Positions 1-12,200 of a DNA stretch of 64,000 bases are shown here, in pieces. The notes beneath the pieces were generated by a model, which was not told the origin of the DNA, did no database searches, and worked only from the letters and a program-made list of their open reading frames with translations. Every line of letters begins with the position of its first letter. Position 1 is the stretch's first letter. The DNA comes from Ramazzottius varieornatus (Eukaryota; Animalia; Tardigrada), in NCBI GenBank assembly GCA_001949185.1, contig BDGG01000010.1, positions 597,337 to 661,336 of the forward strand, given 5' to 3'. The position numbers were made by a program, and so were the translations under genes.

Positions 1-37
1 TACCTTGTAGCCTAGAAACCTGTGTTTTGTCGGTAGG

Positions 38-651
38 GTCCATCTTTGAAGATGGATCAGCATTTAGCGAAGACCCAGATGAATCATTTTCAGCTGCTGA
101 TGGAAGCCTACACGAAGCAGAAGACCCACATTCAAATACTCTCTTCAGCCGTGAACCATTTACAAGCCAGCCATGACGGTGTCCTCTTATGGAAGATCTC
201 CAATTTCTCGGTGAAATTTGACGAGGCGAAAGCCAAAGACGGATGTGAGCTACAAAGTCCGGTGTTCTATTCTGCAAAGTACGGTTATAAGCTACAGGCT
301 ACGTTGTTCCTGAACGGAAACGGGGAAGGAGAGGGCAAGTACTTGTCGATGTACATCAAGCTCCTGGCGGGAGAGTACGACGCGTTACTGTCTTGGCCGT
401 TCCGTCTTCCCATCGGCTTCACGTTGCTGGACCAGTCTCCCGATCTGGAAAAGAGGGTGCATGTGAAGGAGTTTTTCATTCCAGATCCTTCGTGTAAGCT
501 GTTTCATCGCCCGTTGAAGTCCTGCAGGATGCTTGGCTTTGGACATGCCAAGTTTGTCAGCCATGACCTGTTGCGGAAAAGAAATTATATACGTGAAGAC
601 GTGATTTTTATCAAAGTCAAAGCTTCGAACATAAACGAAAAATCTGGATAA
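38..651 (+). CDS. TRAF4: TNF receptor-associated factor (TRAF4-like), final exon encoding the MATH/TRAF-C domain; gene starts upstream of the window
   Basis: GVLLWKI..SPVFYSAKYGYKLQATLFLNGNGEGEGKYLSMYIKLLAGEYDALLSWPF..FTLLDQS..PDP..LGFGHAKFVSHDLLRKRNYIREDVIFIK matches the TRAF4 MATH domain. Acceptor gtag at ~34-37; stop TAA at 649-651. Confidence 0.9.
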
Positions 652-1762
652 CAGAGATGTTTTCCTGTCTATCGTGAAATTTTGTTTGTGCTTGTTGAAT
701 CTCAAAAACTGAAAGACCGGGCAGTCTGACGACTTTTTCGGGTAACTTCACTTTGAGGATATAGACTGGTAGGGATAAAGTTTCGAAACCGCCAAAATAA
801 TGCAGCTGACAGCCTGTGGTAAATTTAGAGGAAAATGCAGATCATCGGGGAATCGAAGCCGAGGTGAGATATATTCATGCATCGTAAACCATGCAATGTT
901 CGGGACGAGCCGCTGAATATGGCCTTGCACAAACTATTTGTGGCGTCCATCAACTGATCAATCATAGGCTCCGACAGCAATAAAATTATTTTGACTACTG
1001 TACGCTGATTGATTTCCGCGTCTGTCTTCCAGACTCCGTACGAGGTTTCTTTTTCTTTCCTCTTTCCCAACCCTCTTTGGAGAAATATCTTATACAGATA
1101 AACGGCGGTAAACTTCTACTATGTGGGAAATGCTTCCCTACTCGCGGTCCTATAGCATTAGTTCGTAAGTAAGGTCCTGTGACTACGGGTAGGGGAGTAT
1201 TTCCCACATTTGCAGCAGGAAAGCTGCGGTTAACTTTGGCTCACTTTGGTTCCTCAAAGGTTTTCCGTCTCGATAATGAACGCGAGACAGGAATTGTTAA
1301 ACTTTTAGCGAGAGGAGAGTCAGACTGGCTCTCCACAAGGAATGATCGAGATCTCGTAAGTTGTGCAAAAGTTTCCTGCCGCTGCGATTCTGAGCCTTCA
1401 CGGAATAAGTTCTACGCCGGTGCTCTTAAGCTGGAGGTTCTTGATGTGCTTATGATGGTTGGTTGGCTTTTAAATTTCGTGCTTCGGGCTGTCTCGTCGC
1501 CACATATCGTCACGACGTACAGTAAATGCGTACAGCGAGTGTGCTGGAGTAGGGACCAAATGAAACAACGATCAACTACATATTCTCGGTTTTACTTCCA
1601 CATTTGTAAGCACCCACGGCTGTTCAACAGGTTAAAACTACGAAGAAGCTCGACGATGAAACCAGATGTTGCATCAACCGTCACAAACTGATTTTGAAAT
1701 ATTACGGCTGCGGTGTACGGAAACAACAGCGGGACTGGAAATCCTGGGACCACAAAAATGTG

Positions 1763-2093
1763 CTACTGATTGTGGTTGTGTCCGAGGGCTTTCTCCAAGG
1801 AGTTGTTGGCGTCGGGCACGTACTCGCTTTGGGCCTTGGCTGCAGGGCTGTCGTCTCCGGTGTCCGTCATGTCGTGCTGTGCTCGGCCCTCCTCGGTGTT
1901 GATGTTACCCTACAATTTTCAAATGATCCAAACGATACGAAGAATATCACTGAACAATCAAGGGAACTGGAAAATTTTCCCCGGAATTTCGCATCTGTCA
2001 GATACAATAGATTTTAATACTGGTACGTACCATGGCGCGGCTGGCTTCAGTGCCAACAACTGGTGGGTTTTCCGTACTTCCTTTGTCAGCCAT
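1763..2093 (-). CDS. Small two-exon gene encoding a 69-aa hydrophilic, probably disordered protein (absent from the ORF track)
   Basis: Exon 1 is 2093-2031 (ttcaaaATG; MADKGSTENPPVVGTEASRAM). A phase-0 intron runs gtacgt(2030)..ttgtag(1910). Exon 2 is 1909-1763 (GNINTEEGRAQHDMTDTGDDSPAAKAQSEYVPDANNSLEKALGHNHNQ*). Codons are strongly C/G-ending, and there is a plausible 67-nt 5'UTR intron at 2170-2104. Confidence 0.7.
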
Positions 2094-2249
2094 TTTGAAA
2101 GTTCTTTGGAAATGTACAGGAAAAATTGAAACAAGGGTTTTTTCGCGGAAATAAGTGCGCTTTAACGAACCTGTATACTGATCAGTGATGAAAATTTCCA
2201 GCTGTAACTAAGTTAAACTAATTTGCTCTTGCGGAATATGCGTCGCCCA

Positions 2250-2750
2250 TGCGTTACTGGCCTAGGAGAAAGTGGAGCTCAGTTTCTAAAAATAACCGCG
2301 CTGAAGAAACCAAAACTTCAAGTAGTACGCTTGCTGTCTTCTCTCTCAACCAAGATGATGTTTTCAGAGTCTCGATACTAGGAGGTGGTCGAAAACACCT
2401 CGTACGTCGCAGCGAAAAGCTTGAGAAACATCGCATCAATGGCGGCCTCCCAGGAACTAGGCTCGACCAGCTTTGCCAGAGCTAAAAATGTGACACCACT
2501 CAGCGCCTTCACTGTCAAGACGTTGGCGACAGCTATGGAGTTATCCATCTTTGCTGGCAGGGGAGGTTTCCGCCGGCTGTGCTGTACGGTGCAATCTGTT
2601 CGACTAGTCTGAGCGGAACTTGCACCCATATCAGGTGGCGCGCTAGAATATTGATAAAGCTACGGATGTTGCGCCGTGGATTGCCTCGATGTTCCTCCGT
2701 GGAAACACGCCACACCCAGCTTCAGTACACGCGCCTGGCCCAAATGTGGG
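2250..2750 (-). mobile_element. Possible degenerate DIRS-type retrotransposon remnant (RNase H / downstream domain)
   Basis: Frameshifted, ordered motifs on the minus strand: ACTEAGCGV (~ASxxGWG), FINIL (~HINxLE), MDNSIAVA (~DNxTAVA), EAAIDAM (~AxAIDAF), FRPPP..REKTASVLL (~YAFPP..RxEKASVIL). Spacing is shortened. It abuts the assembly gap. Confidence 0.35.
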
Positions 2751-2751
2751 G

Positions 2752-2940
2752 NNNNNNNNNNNNNNNNNNNNNNNNNNNNNNNNNNNNNNNNNNNNNNNNN
2801 NNNNNNNNNNNNNNNNNNNNNNNNNNNNNNNNNNNNNNNNNNNNNNNNNNNNNNNNNNNNNNNNNNNNNNNNNNNNNNNNNNNNNNNNNNNNNNNNNNNN
2901 NNNNNNNNNNNNNNNNNNNNNNNNNNNNNNNNNNNNNNNN
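2752..2940. other. Assembly gap (189 N)
   Basis: Run of N. Confidence 1.
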
Positions 2941-3556
2941 CGGCTGTGCTTCGACTGATTTAATTGATTGCTCAACCTCATCTGGCCCGTGCCGCTTTCG
3001 CTCCGTTCCCCACATTTTAGTCCATCCCCACAGTTAGGCCAGGCTCGAGTACTGTAATACGGCTTCCTCCCCCGTTAAGAAATTTCAATCCCGAAAGCTT
3101 CAACTGCATATAATAAAATCTGGAAGGCATCTCCTCGTTGTCTCTCTTAACGGGCAGTAATATCTGCTACGAAACTAAAATGATATAATCGAAAGAATTA
3201 ACTCTCGTAAATGCACTCTTCAGACTACCACACATCAAGAAAATGAAGGAAATACAACACAAAAACAGCACAAAACAAGAACAAGAAAAAGGACGGAATC
3301 AGAGTTAATTTGTTTGTAGTGAAAGTGTTAACAAAAATAGTACAGTGATGATAAAGCTCAAAAAGCAGGAAACTAGAAAAATCCTTTTCTTTCGATACTT
3401 TCCACGGGTCCACTATCAGAAATTGCATGTATAGATTCTGATCCAGCAGTCTGTTCCACCCACATTCCAGGGTGCGTTGTTTGGAGTAATACTGCGATCC
3501 ACCGGAGCACATGGGAAAAAGGCACATAGCATGGCTCACAGACACCATCCTCTTAC

Positions 3557-6500
3557 TTAAAAGTCGCTTTCTCTCTTCACCGTCAAGTTCATCGAAAGGT
3601 CCTCAGGCCTATTCACCGGTTCTTCAAGTTCACCATTCCTCGCCAGCAACTGCAACTGTCTCGGCGACGCATAAGCAGGATTCTTCCGGCACTCTTCCGA
3701 ATGCACCGTCTGCACATGGCGTCTGACATGATCCTTCCTCGTGAACTTTTTCGGGCAGTACGGACACAAGTTTGGCTTGATACCCAAATGCGTCTGCATG
3801 TGCCGACGTAAGTCTTTCGAAGCGGAAAAGACTTTCCCGCACACTTCGCAAGGATGAGAAGGCTTCTGGTTCGCATGTTGTTTCTTATGCGCCAAAGTAT
3901 GCGTACCGTTACCGTTATTACCATTGTTCCCGTCATCGTAGCCGTTCTGATGGGCGTTTGTTACTATACTAGACGATGACTGTGGCGCCTCAATTTCTCG
4001 ACGCACTTCACCATCGGAATCACCGCAGTTATCTCGGTCGACTGCCATCTTCAGCGAGAGCGGTTCGGGAGTGTCTTCCCGGTACTCTTGCACGTACTCC
4101 GACCAGTTGCTCTCGCGCTTGCTATCCCGTTGTTCTTCTTCACTACTGGGCATACTGTTGGTCTGACTGTCCATACTGAACTTCCGGTTGTGGCTGTTGT
4201 TGTCAGAAGCGTTGGTACTGTCTTGATCACGTTCGTGAAGGGCGAGGTGTTTCTCATATGTCCACTTCTTGGCGAAGACGCAACCGCAAAGCTGACATTC
4301 CAGGCGGACTTTGGATTTCTCGTGGACTTTGAGATGGTTATTCAGATGATCCTGAAGCCGAGAAAAACATTCGTGAGTATTTTACAGATCATGTTGTTTT
4401 GCTTTGATTCCGGGAGATTTATCGAATTTAGTCAAGTAGTCCCGTTCACGAATTCGACCCACTTTTCTATGAAATTTCTTGAAACAAAGCGGGCAATGAT
4501 GGCGTTTCTCGTGTGAATGAATGAGCTCGTGGCGAAGAAGCTTGTATTTCGATGTGAAGAACTTGTCGCACGTGGGATACGAGCAAATGTACGGTCGGCC
4601 TCCGACATGCGTGGCTGCGTGTTCCATCAACGCGGCCTTGTCCGGAAACTTCTGCCCGCATTCGTAACAGGTGCCTCGCGGAGTACTTTCGGTCTCGCTT
4701 TCGACCGAAGAACTCTGGGGCGACCTCGAACTAATGTCCTGTGCACTCTACAACGAAAACAGAATGATAACCTCAAATACAAACACCAGCAGAGCAAAAA
4801 TGAAATAAAATGGGATCTTGGCAAACGAACTCGACTAGATCTTCTATCAAGTGGCGCACGTTTCTAGCCTACAGCAGTCACAAGGTGCGCCACTTGGAAC
4901 GACAATAATGTCGAGCTCCCAAGTGGCGCACGGTGTCGTGTTGATGGCTGGTAACGTGCGCCACTTGGAAAAAATATTTGGTTGAGTGTGTTTGCTGAGC
5001 TCCCAACTCTGAGAACGAAACGCAGATGAACATTTTGAAAAGAATTGATCTGGTTTCTTCTTACAAGGTCTTCAGGGGCACTGCTGACGTCAAATTGAGC
5101 AGGGTTTATTCTTGGCAAGAAGTAAAAAGGCGTTAAGGGCGAGAGAGGCAGACCGAGTCGTTGCTGTTGTTCGACCAGACGTTGAGCCGTGGGGAAGAAG
5201 ATGCTGTTAAAGAGAGGAAAGTCGAAGGGTGAAGGTACGGGCATCGTCGGCTGAACGGAGATGGGCGCCATCTCGGCCACGATCTCTACATCGTCCGCTT
5301 CGTCAGCATGGTTCGATTCATTGGTATCATTCCTTGAGCTGTGTGGGTCCTCCGTGTCTCTGGAGGACTCTTGGACGGAATCAGCAGGACTTTCGCCGTT
5401 ATCGAAGTCTTGAGGCACTCTCTGAGGCTTGTGGCATTTACGACGATTGACTCGACTTTCTGGTGAACTGTCTGATGAGGATCCACCCGGATGACTCAGG
5501 GTTTCTTGGGGCGAGCGCGGTGATGCAGCTTCTGTGCTGCCATTGCGGTCCCTCATCCGCTTGGCTCCTCTGCTCGTGGGCCGGATCACTGAAACAGCAG
5601 TGCTAGGTATGCTAGCCACATCTCCTACAAAGCCAACGAATACCACCTAAAATTTCACGAGTACCAAGCGCGAAATTCGTATGATCTAGAAACCCGTCCA
5701 GAGAGGCAGTATAAAAACAGAAAAACTGCCACTCCCACCCGATCCATTGACTGGTAGAGCTTCAAATTTTCGAGCCAAGAACTGACTTGCAGCTCTTAAC
5801 AAAGAGAGCCTATCTTTTACTTGAACAAGACATGGGACGTCGGCAAATGACTTGACCATCATCGTTTTCCCGAGTGACGCACGCTCGTAGCCAACAGTAA
5901 TGAAAACACGCGCCACGGAAGATAACGACAATGTACAGTTCATCAAATTTTGCCGACGTCTCACAATGATTATTATTAAATAATGTGTTGAGTTTTGTGA
6001 GGTAGTCTGTACCTTCTGGTATGTGAGGTAGGCCCATGAGGTCAACGAGGTCCGATGCGTACCACGCGCGCAGTTCCTCGTCGGCGGAAATAGCCTAAAG
6101 ACAGACATCAAAGTGTATCATAAAGCAGCGTTATGATATCATTCACAGCGTGCTATGGATAAGCATTTGGCTCTATTAACCCATTGAGGCACAGTCGTAC
6201 AAGACACGAGTCATAAACAACAGCTTGTTTACGCACCTTGGCTGTACAAAAGAAAATATCGTCGCCTTGTAGGTAGACTATCACGTTGATTTGGCGCCCT
6301 GTCAAGGCTGGACGGACGTAAATGAGCCAATTGGAATTACGTTCATTGAGAACATCGTAATATCCAACATCAATACCGGAGCGGAAACACTGCAAAATAG
6401 AATGGTCGATTTCAAAAACAAATATCGCGGTAAATAAATATTCCTGCGTTATAAAACTCTAGACTCTAAGTATTGGGATGAAGGGATGGCGAAAATTCAG

Positions 6501-7270
6501 AAACATCGTAGAAACATCGTATTTTTCCCATCCGCAGCCGGATGCTAAAATTCGTAGGAAAAATCCATGAATAGAATGTCCTGCCTGAACTTTTGACATT
6601 CCCCTTTTCAAATTTTTGGTTTTTGTACTGATTCCGCACGCATTGATATGCCTGTCTGATTTCGTGACCATTGATGGCAATACCTTGAGCAAAAGACGGT
6701 TCTCCCCCACGGGAGGTGGCACGATGACAACGTTGGCTTTCACAGGGCCAAAGCTGGTGCGCGGCTGCAGATTCACCGAGGCGAAGACGCCCACAACTGC
6801 AACCAAAAATAGACAACTTGCAGCTTTAACTGCCTCAGACTGTCAGCTAAGAAATATCGAGAGGGTAGATAGAGGGCTTACTGGGATCGCCATCGGCGGT
6901 GACAGTGGCTGTTCTGACAGAGACCTGGCATGGCGCCGTCAGGATGGAACGCGGTGGTATACTGGCGTCCTCGATATGACGCAGCGGCCCATGTAGGGGA
7001 CAGTCTCCTGGCAAACTTCTCCGGCAATCTTCGCACCCTGCGACCAAATCACAAACATCACCAGGCGCACCGCATTTTCATTTGGGAAATGGGCAGATAA
7101 TTTGAACCACATCGTTTTCCCGAATGGCGCACACTACCAACCGATATAAACGGTATCGCGCGCAACTTGAGAATGCGAGCTGGTTCAATGCATTCGCCCG
7201 CATATTCGGCTTACGGGCCATAAACCCACAAAATGTTTTTTGGGTCTCCGCAACATAGTATATGCGTCAT
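3557..7270 (-). CDS. PR/SET-domain C2H2 zinc-finger transcription factor (PRDM10/15-like N-terminus, PLAG-like fingers); multi-exon, start codon uncertain
   Basis: Zinc knuckle CEDC..DCPLHGP (exon from 7037). PR domain pieces: GVFASVNLQPRTSFGP, SNWLIYVRPA..QINVIVYLQGDDIFFCTAK, AISADEELRAWYASDL (6094-6013). Six C2H2 fingers at 4680-4250 and 3850-3700. Stop at 3557. Confidence 0.85.
4820..5003. repeat. Family A palindromic element, tandem dimer (cores 4848-4897 and 4920-4968), in a PRDM intron
   Basis: caagtggcgcac-N25-gtgcgccacttgg and caagtggcgcac-N24-gtgcgccacttggaaaa, flanked by outer arms ggcaaacgaactcgac / gttgagtgtgtttgctgagct. Confidence 0.85.
7090..7182. repeat. Family A palindromic element (degenerate)
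   Basis: ttttcccgaatggcgcac-N25-gcgcgcaacttgagaa, core 7122-7170. Confidence 0.65.
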
Positions 7271-8318
7271 CTTTGTGAGGAGCCTCCGTGCAAGTTATTT
7301 TTTACGACACGTAATTTATCTTTTCTGGGTTGTCTTTCGGCGTTTCTTTAGCCATGATGGAATGTGTTCAGTACATAGCGTTTAACTGACCGTTCTAATT
7401 ACCTTTCCCTTCGACACCAGCAATCTTTTGCGCATTGCGCCATTTGGCAGCGGAGATATTGCCATAACATCTCGACCATTCGGCTATTCTATCACGACTG
7501 ACATTCGGACAGTGGCCATAAGCCATGAACACCGCACCTCGCGCACCTGTGAGCGTTCGTCCGTGTCCGATGGTGGTCACTCTCTCACATCAAGTGAAAC
7601 ATGACCAAAACTGTTACGCTATTCCGCCTGCAGAATATGTATCAAAGAATATAGGGCAACCGACCTAAATAGTGCAACAGCTGGCACCGCATCAGCTTTT
7701 CATAATGCAAAACTCTGTGGTTCTCTCTCTTTTGGACGGTCCATCCATCGCGGGCTTCTTGGCTCATAAAAAACGAGAACATGACCACATGCTTGTTGTC
7801 TGCCTGGCGCTTCTCGGAAGCCTCGATCGCATGCGAACGCTGTGAAACCTTCTTGACGCACTGCCAAAAGCCAAAAATAGGTGAAATATGGTAGTATTGA
7901 CTGCGGCGCCGTGTAGCGCGCTCACTTCAAAAGACCCACCGAGCCCTCTCTGCTTATATGTCCCCACAGGCAATAGTCAACTCATTACAGCACAACCCAA
8001 AAAAACTTTCCGAAGGCTCCTTACAGATCCTATTCAAACCGTACCGCTTAGTCGATAGCACGGCCTGAGTCAGAGTACGGACTGTAAAGGACAGGTTCTG
8101 TTCACTTACATAATATGTTCGAATCCATCTTCGTACTTCATCCATAATTCCCTTTCAAATAATCGTTCTCAAGCTTCCATTCGAAGTTTTCCTCGTTGCT
8201 AATCCATACTGTAACAGAAAGTCAGAAACAAAATCTTGAGCCGTATAAAAAAATTCCCAGTTGCTGCACACATGTTAATGACTGATGTTATGAACATCAA
8301 CAGCCACATGTAGGAAAC

Positions 8319-8365
8319 GAGTGGCGCACATGTACTGATATACTACTATGGGATATGCGCCACTC
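8319..8365. repeat. Family A palindromic core, intergenic
   Basis: gagtggcgcac-N25-atgcgccactc. Confidence 0.7.
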
Positions 8366-9225
8366 AAAAGAAACAGCTGACTTACGTGACCATGTTTAAA
8401 TCCAGTCTACCAACGACAAATTCCGCCGCTTCGCTATTCCACACCGCTCACTCCTTTCCACGACCCTTGGTTCTTCCGTCAACCTCGATCTCACATTCCG
8501 GAACCCCTAGAGGTAGCAAACACAGAGATATCAGACAAGATTAGACAGCTCGACTCGAGTAGCTTAGGTAAGATAGCTTGTACGCTGGCGATTTGATTAC
8601 CACTGATTACGCAGAGTCCATTAGACGCGTAAAACACGAACCTGATAGCAAACCTGCCCCGCACGTTGGAACTGCAAACTTTGCTACAAACAGAGCTCGC
8701 GTAAAACACACAAACTGCAGAATGCCCTGATCACTTTTTTTCTTTTCCGCTACACGAGCTGCAGTGCACTTGTTGGCAACATGTGTACGTTCGCCTCAAA
8801 CACGGTGAGCTGAACCACAACCCCTCCCCTCATCGCTGTGGGCGCTTGATGTTGGGCCATGCGGTTCACCCAGGTCGCATAAACGAGATTTGGACAGCTT
8901 ACAACCTGATTTGACTGGAACCCCATGGTATAGCAATGTAATAATCAGCGAAGAGTGTCACGTGGTTCTAGCCTCATCACGTTGGGCTATCCTTGATTGA
9001 TGCGGTGCCTATTCTGTTGCTCCTGTTTCCGACGAAGCCGCACCCCGCTCGTTGATTATTGATTTGACTGACTTTCGCAAAACTGGAAGTTCCCCTGTTT
9101 TTTCTGTTCATTTTCTTGACGATTCCTGTGCTTGGCTCCCGAACGAGGACTCAAGAGTAAGGCTGCGGTTCGTAGGTAGTGACTCCGAGAGTTTCTAACG
9201 ATTGTCAGTACAGTGGGACGTCAGA

Positions 9226-12200
9226 ATGGCCAGTAAATCAGGTGGAGCGACGGCCACCAGCTCCACTCCGAAGCCACCTGCTGCTGCTCCTGCCAGCACA
9301 TCCATGCCTCCTCCGGCCACTCCAGGAGCGAAAGCACCGAAGAAGCCTGACAAGACGGGGTCTAAGGAGTCGAAAAGCCAACCAGCCGCCAAGAAACCAA
9401 AACTGATGCATGAAGTGCATCATATTGGTCCAGTGGCCAACTTGGTAACATCGATCAATAATTCTACTTCTTGTTCTCTAACTGTAATGCATTGTTCTGT
9501 CGCAGGAAGAAATGGAGGTGAAGGTGCTAAAGTTTCAGAACAGGAAACTAACGGAGAAAGTGGAGGAGCTGAATGAACGAGAAGAAAGACATCGGAAAGA
9601 AATTGCCCAGCTGAAAGAGCGAAGTTCGCAGACGGACACTGAAATCTTTCTCATCAACCGCTACACCAAAAGCGTAAGACGATTAGACTGTTCATTTGAG
9701 ACTGCCGTTGGTTACTCACAGGCTGTTCTTTCCAGCTGGACGAGCACGCCAAGACGCTGCTGAAGCGATTTGAGACCGATGATACTGCCGAGAACGAATC
9801 ATCTGAACATCCATCCAGTCCTGTCACGGCATTCGTCAGTATCCTTTCGACGCTGGACGTGGACGAACAAGGGAAGCAGCTGTCAGGGAGAGCGCAGGAT
9901 ATGCAGAATCTCGTCGCCAAGTTGGTTCAGATGTACGAGAATGTGTCCAATCAGTCGCGTTCTACGTTGGAGAAAATCAAGAATGGCGAATCAATGGGTA
10001 GGTATAACATTGCGTGGTTATAAATGGTTGATTTGACGCGAATACTTGACTGCCACCGGAAGTCAGTTTAACTTTGATAATTTTATCCGTATTCGATTGG
10101 TGTAGAAGACGACACGAAGCTCTACATCGACCAGCTGGTCAAGAAGAACGAACTGCTGGAGAAAGAAGCTCTGAAGACGCAAAAGCTTTACCATGAAGCC
10201 ATGCTGAAGGTATGAGCGAAGAATCGGAGAAAGAATGAAAATTATAGTATACAAATAGTCTGATTTCTGACCGATGGTCTTTGTGTTGGTTCTAGTCGTC
10301 CCGTGTAAATGACAGGATCTCACAGCTGGAAACCGAACGAGACGAGCAAAAGAACCGGGCGGTAGATTTGGAGTGGGAACGGGACGAAGAAGCCAGCAAG
10401 CGAAGTAAGACGGAAATGAAGCTGAAGGAGATGACTAAGCTGTACACCGAACTGGCAGCGACCCCAGCAGTTGCCGCGATCGCGGATGCGCCCAACGGTA
10501 GCGCGGTCGTGGTACCCGTCGTCCCTCAAGCTAATGTACGTTCGTTGGAATCTAGAGGTTGCAGTCATTGCCTTAAGTTTTCAGGCTCAAATCAGTAGTC
10601 AGGTTTCTTATCTTATGCGCCCTGGTTTTCTTTAGGTGACCGAGATGGAGAGTGAACTGGAAGATCAGAAGGCACTGGCTGCGAGTCGACTACAGGAAAT
10701 CGAGAAGCTTCGTGCAGAAAAGGTTGATCTTGCCGTGAAAGTGGATGAACTCAAGATTCAAGTATGAGTGTGTCAAGTTTCTGAGTTCGAGGTTGTGGTA
10801 CATCAATGTGATACTTCTGGCTTTTGCAGGTACAAAGTCCACCAGACGAGCTGATTACCGGTAGCGCCAAGTATAAGTCCCTGCAGACGTACCTCACGGT
10901 CCTCGATATGGAATACAAGAAGCTCCAAGGCTATTACAGAGTAGCGAAAGATGCGGTGACCACCTTGCGGAATAGCTACCTCGAACAGCTGAAGGAAGCT
11001 CAGGTAAATGACGTCCTTCCAAAGAACCCAGAGACTTCCGAGAATGTCCATATAGCTTGGGTGCAGCATAATGATTCGCTGTTTTGTAGCGGCACGAAGA
11101 AGACGGAAGTCAAACGCTGCAAACATTCCTCAGTAATCTCCAGACTGCAACAAACGCAGCACGGCGCGATTACAACACATTGAGGATAGATTACGAGCAA
11201 GAACACGCAAGCCGAGAGAACAGCGGTAAGTTTGTTCTGTATAGTATTTTTCGGAATGGTTCCAGTGGATCGACGTAATTCGAAATAATCGAGTTGATAT
11301 TTTATCATAATTATCTTCTCGTTTGCAGGAACCAACAAGGACTATGACAAACTGTTCAAGTCAGTGATGCAGCATAACAGCTCCCTCCAAACAGAAGTCA
11401 GTCGGCTGAAGAAACGCGTCTACACTTTGCAAGCTGAACTGACCAAAGTACGAATTTGACATTCACAGTTTTTTTCTCGCTCATTATCTAAACTCTGTTG
11501 TGAATCTTTACACTGTTTCATTTCGATTTTTTCAGTATCAGCCCAAGGATCATCGAGGCCATACCCAGCTGAAGCCAGGTTCCCAACCAGGTATCTCATC
11601 AGACAAGCGAGGAATTTCACCCGAGAAAGCTGACGTGAACGCCAAACGAGACTCCACGGGCAGCACCGGCGAGGCCGGCACTTCCCTGCCTCGCCAAAAT
11701 TCACAGACGTCCTTACAAGGTGAACCCAGCTCCGAATCACCTGAAATGACCAGAGGCGATATCAAAGAAATGAAGAAACAACTTCGGTAAATTCTTATAT
11801 TCGTGATTTTTGAAAAATTGGGTATAGATCGTTTTCCTAGGTGGCGCACTCTCTGAGCCAATAGCAATAATGAAGTGCGGCACTGGAGATAATGATCATG
11901 TTCATTCTGTTTGCCCAGCTAGTAATTGATATTTCTACGACGATTCTTTTGCAGGGATAAAACGAAGGAATACGACGAGCTAAAGTTGCTCTACGATATG
12001 ACGAAGCAAGCCAACAAGTCTAGCCGAGAGCTAGTCGACGTGATGGCTTCCGAGAAGAAACTGAAAGAGGAGAACGCGGAGCTGAAGAAGAACCTCGCAG
12101 CAACCGAAGCAAAACTCCAGTCAACCGAAACCGAGCTTCGATCTACCACCTCCGAACTCGAATCCTCCAAAGCCCGTATGAAGGAGCTGGACGACAAGGT

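Noticed and set aside
1179-2129. Plus-strand ORFs of 107-170 aa
   Set aside because: They have non-ATG starts and no domain, and are partly antisense shadows of the small minus-strand gene.
4848-4968. Repeat-spacer-repeat pattern of family A as a CRISPR array or integron attC-like site
   Set aside because: The repeats are inverted pairs dispersed in eukaryotic introns, spacers share a weak consensus, and there is no cas or integrase gene.
7764-8220. Short minus-strand ORFs faintly resembling retroelement gag
   Set aside because: The similarity is too weak; there is no zinc knuckle, LTR or pol motif.
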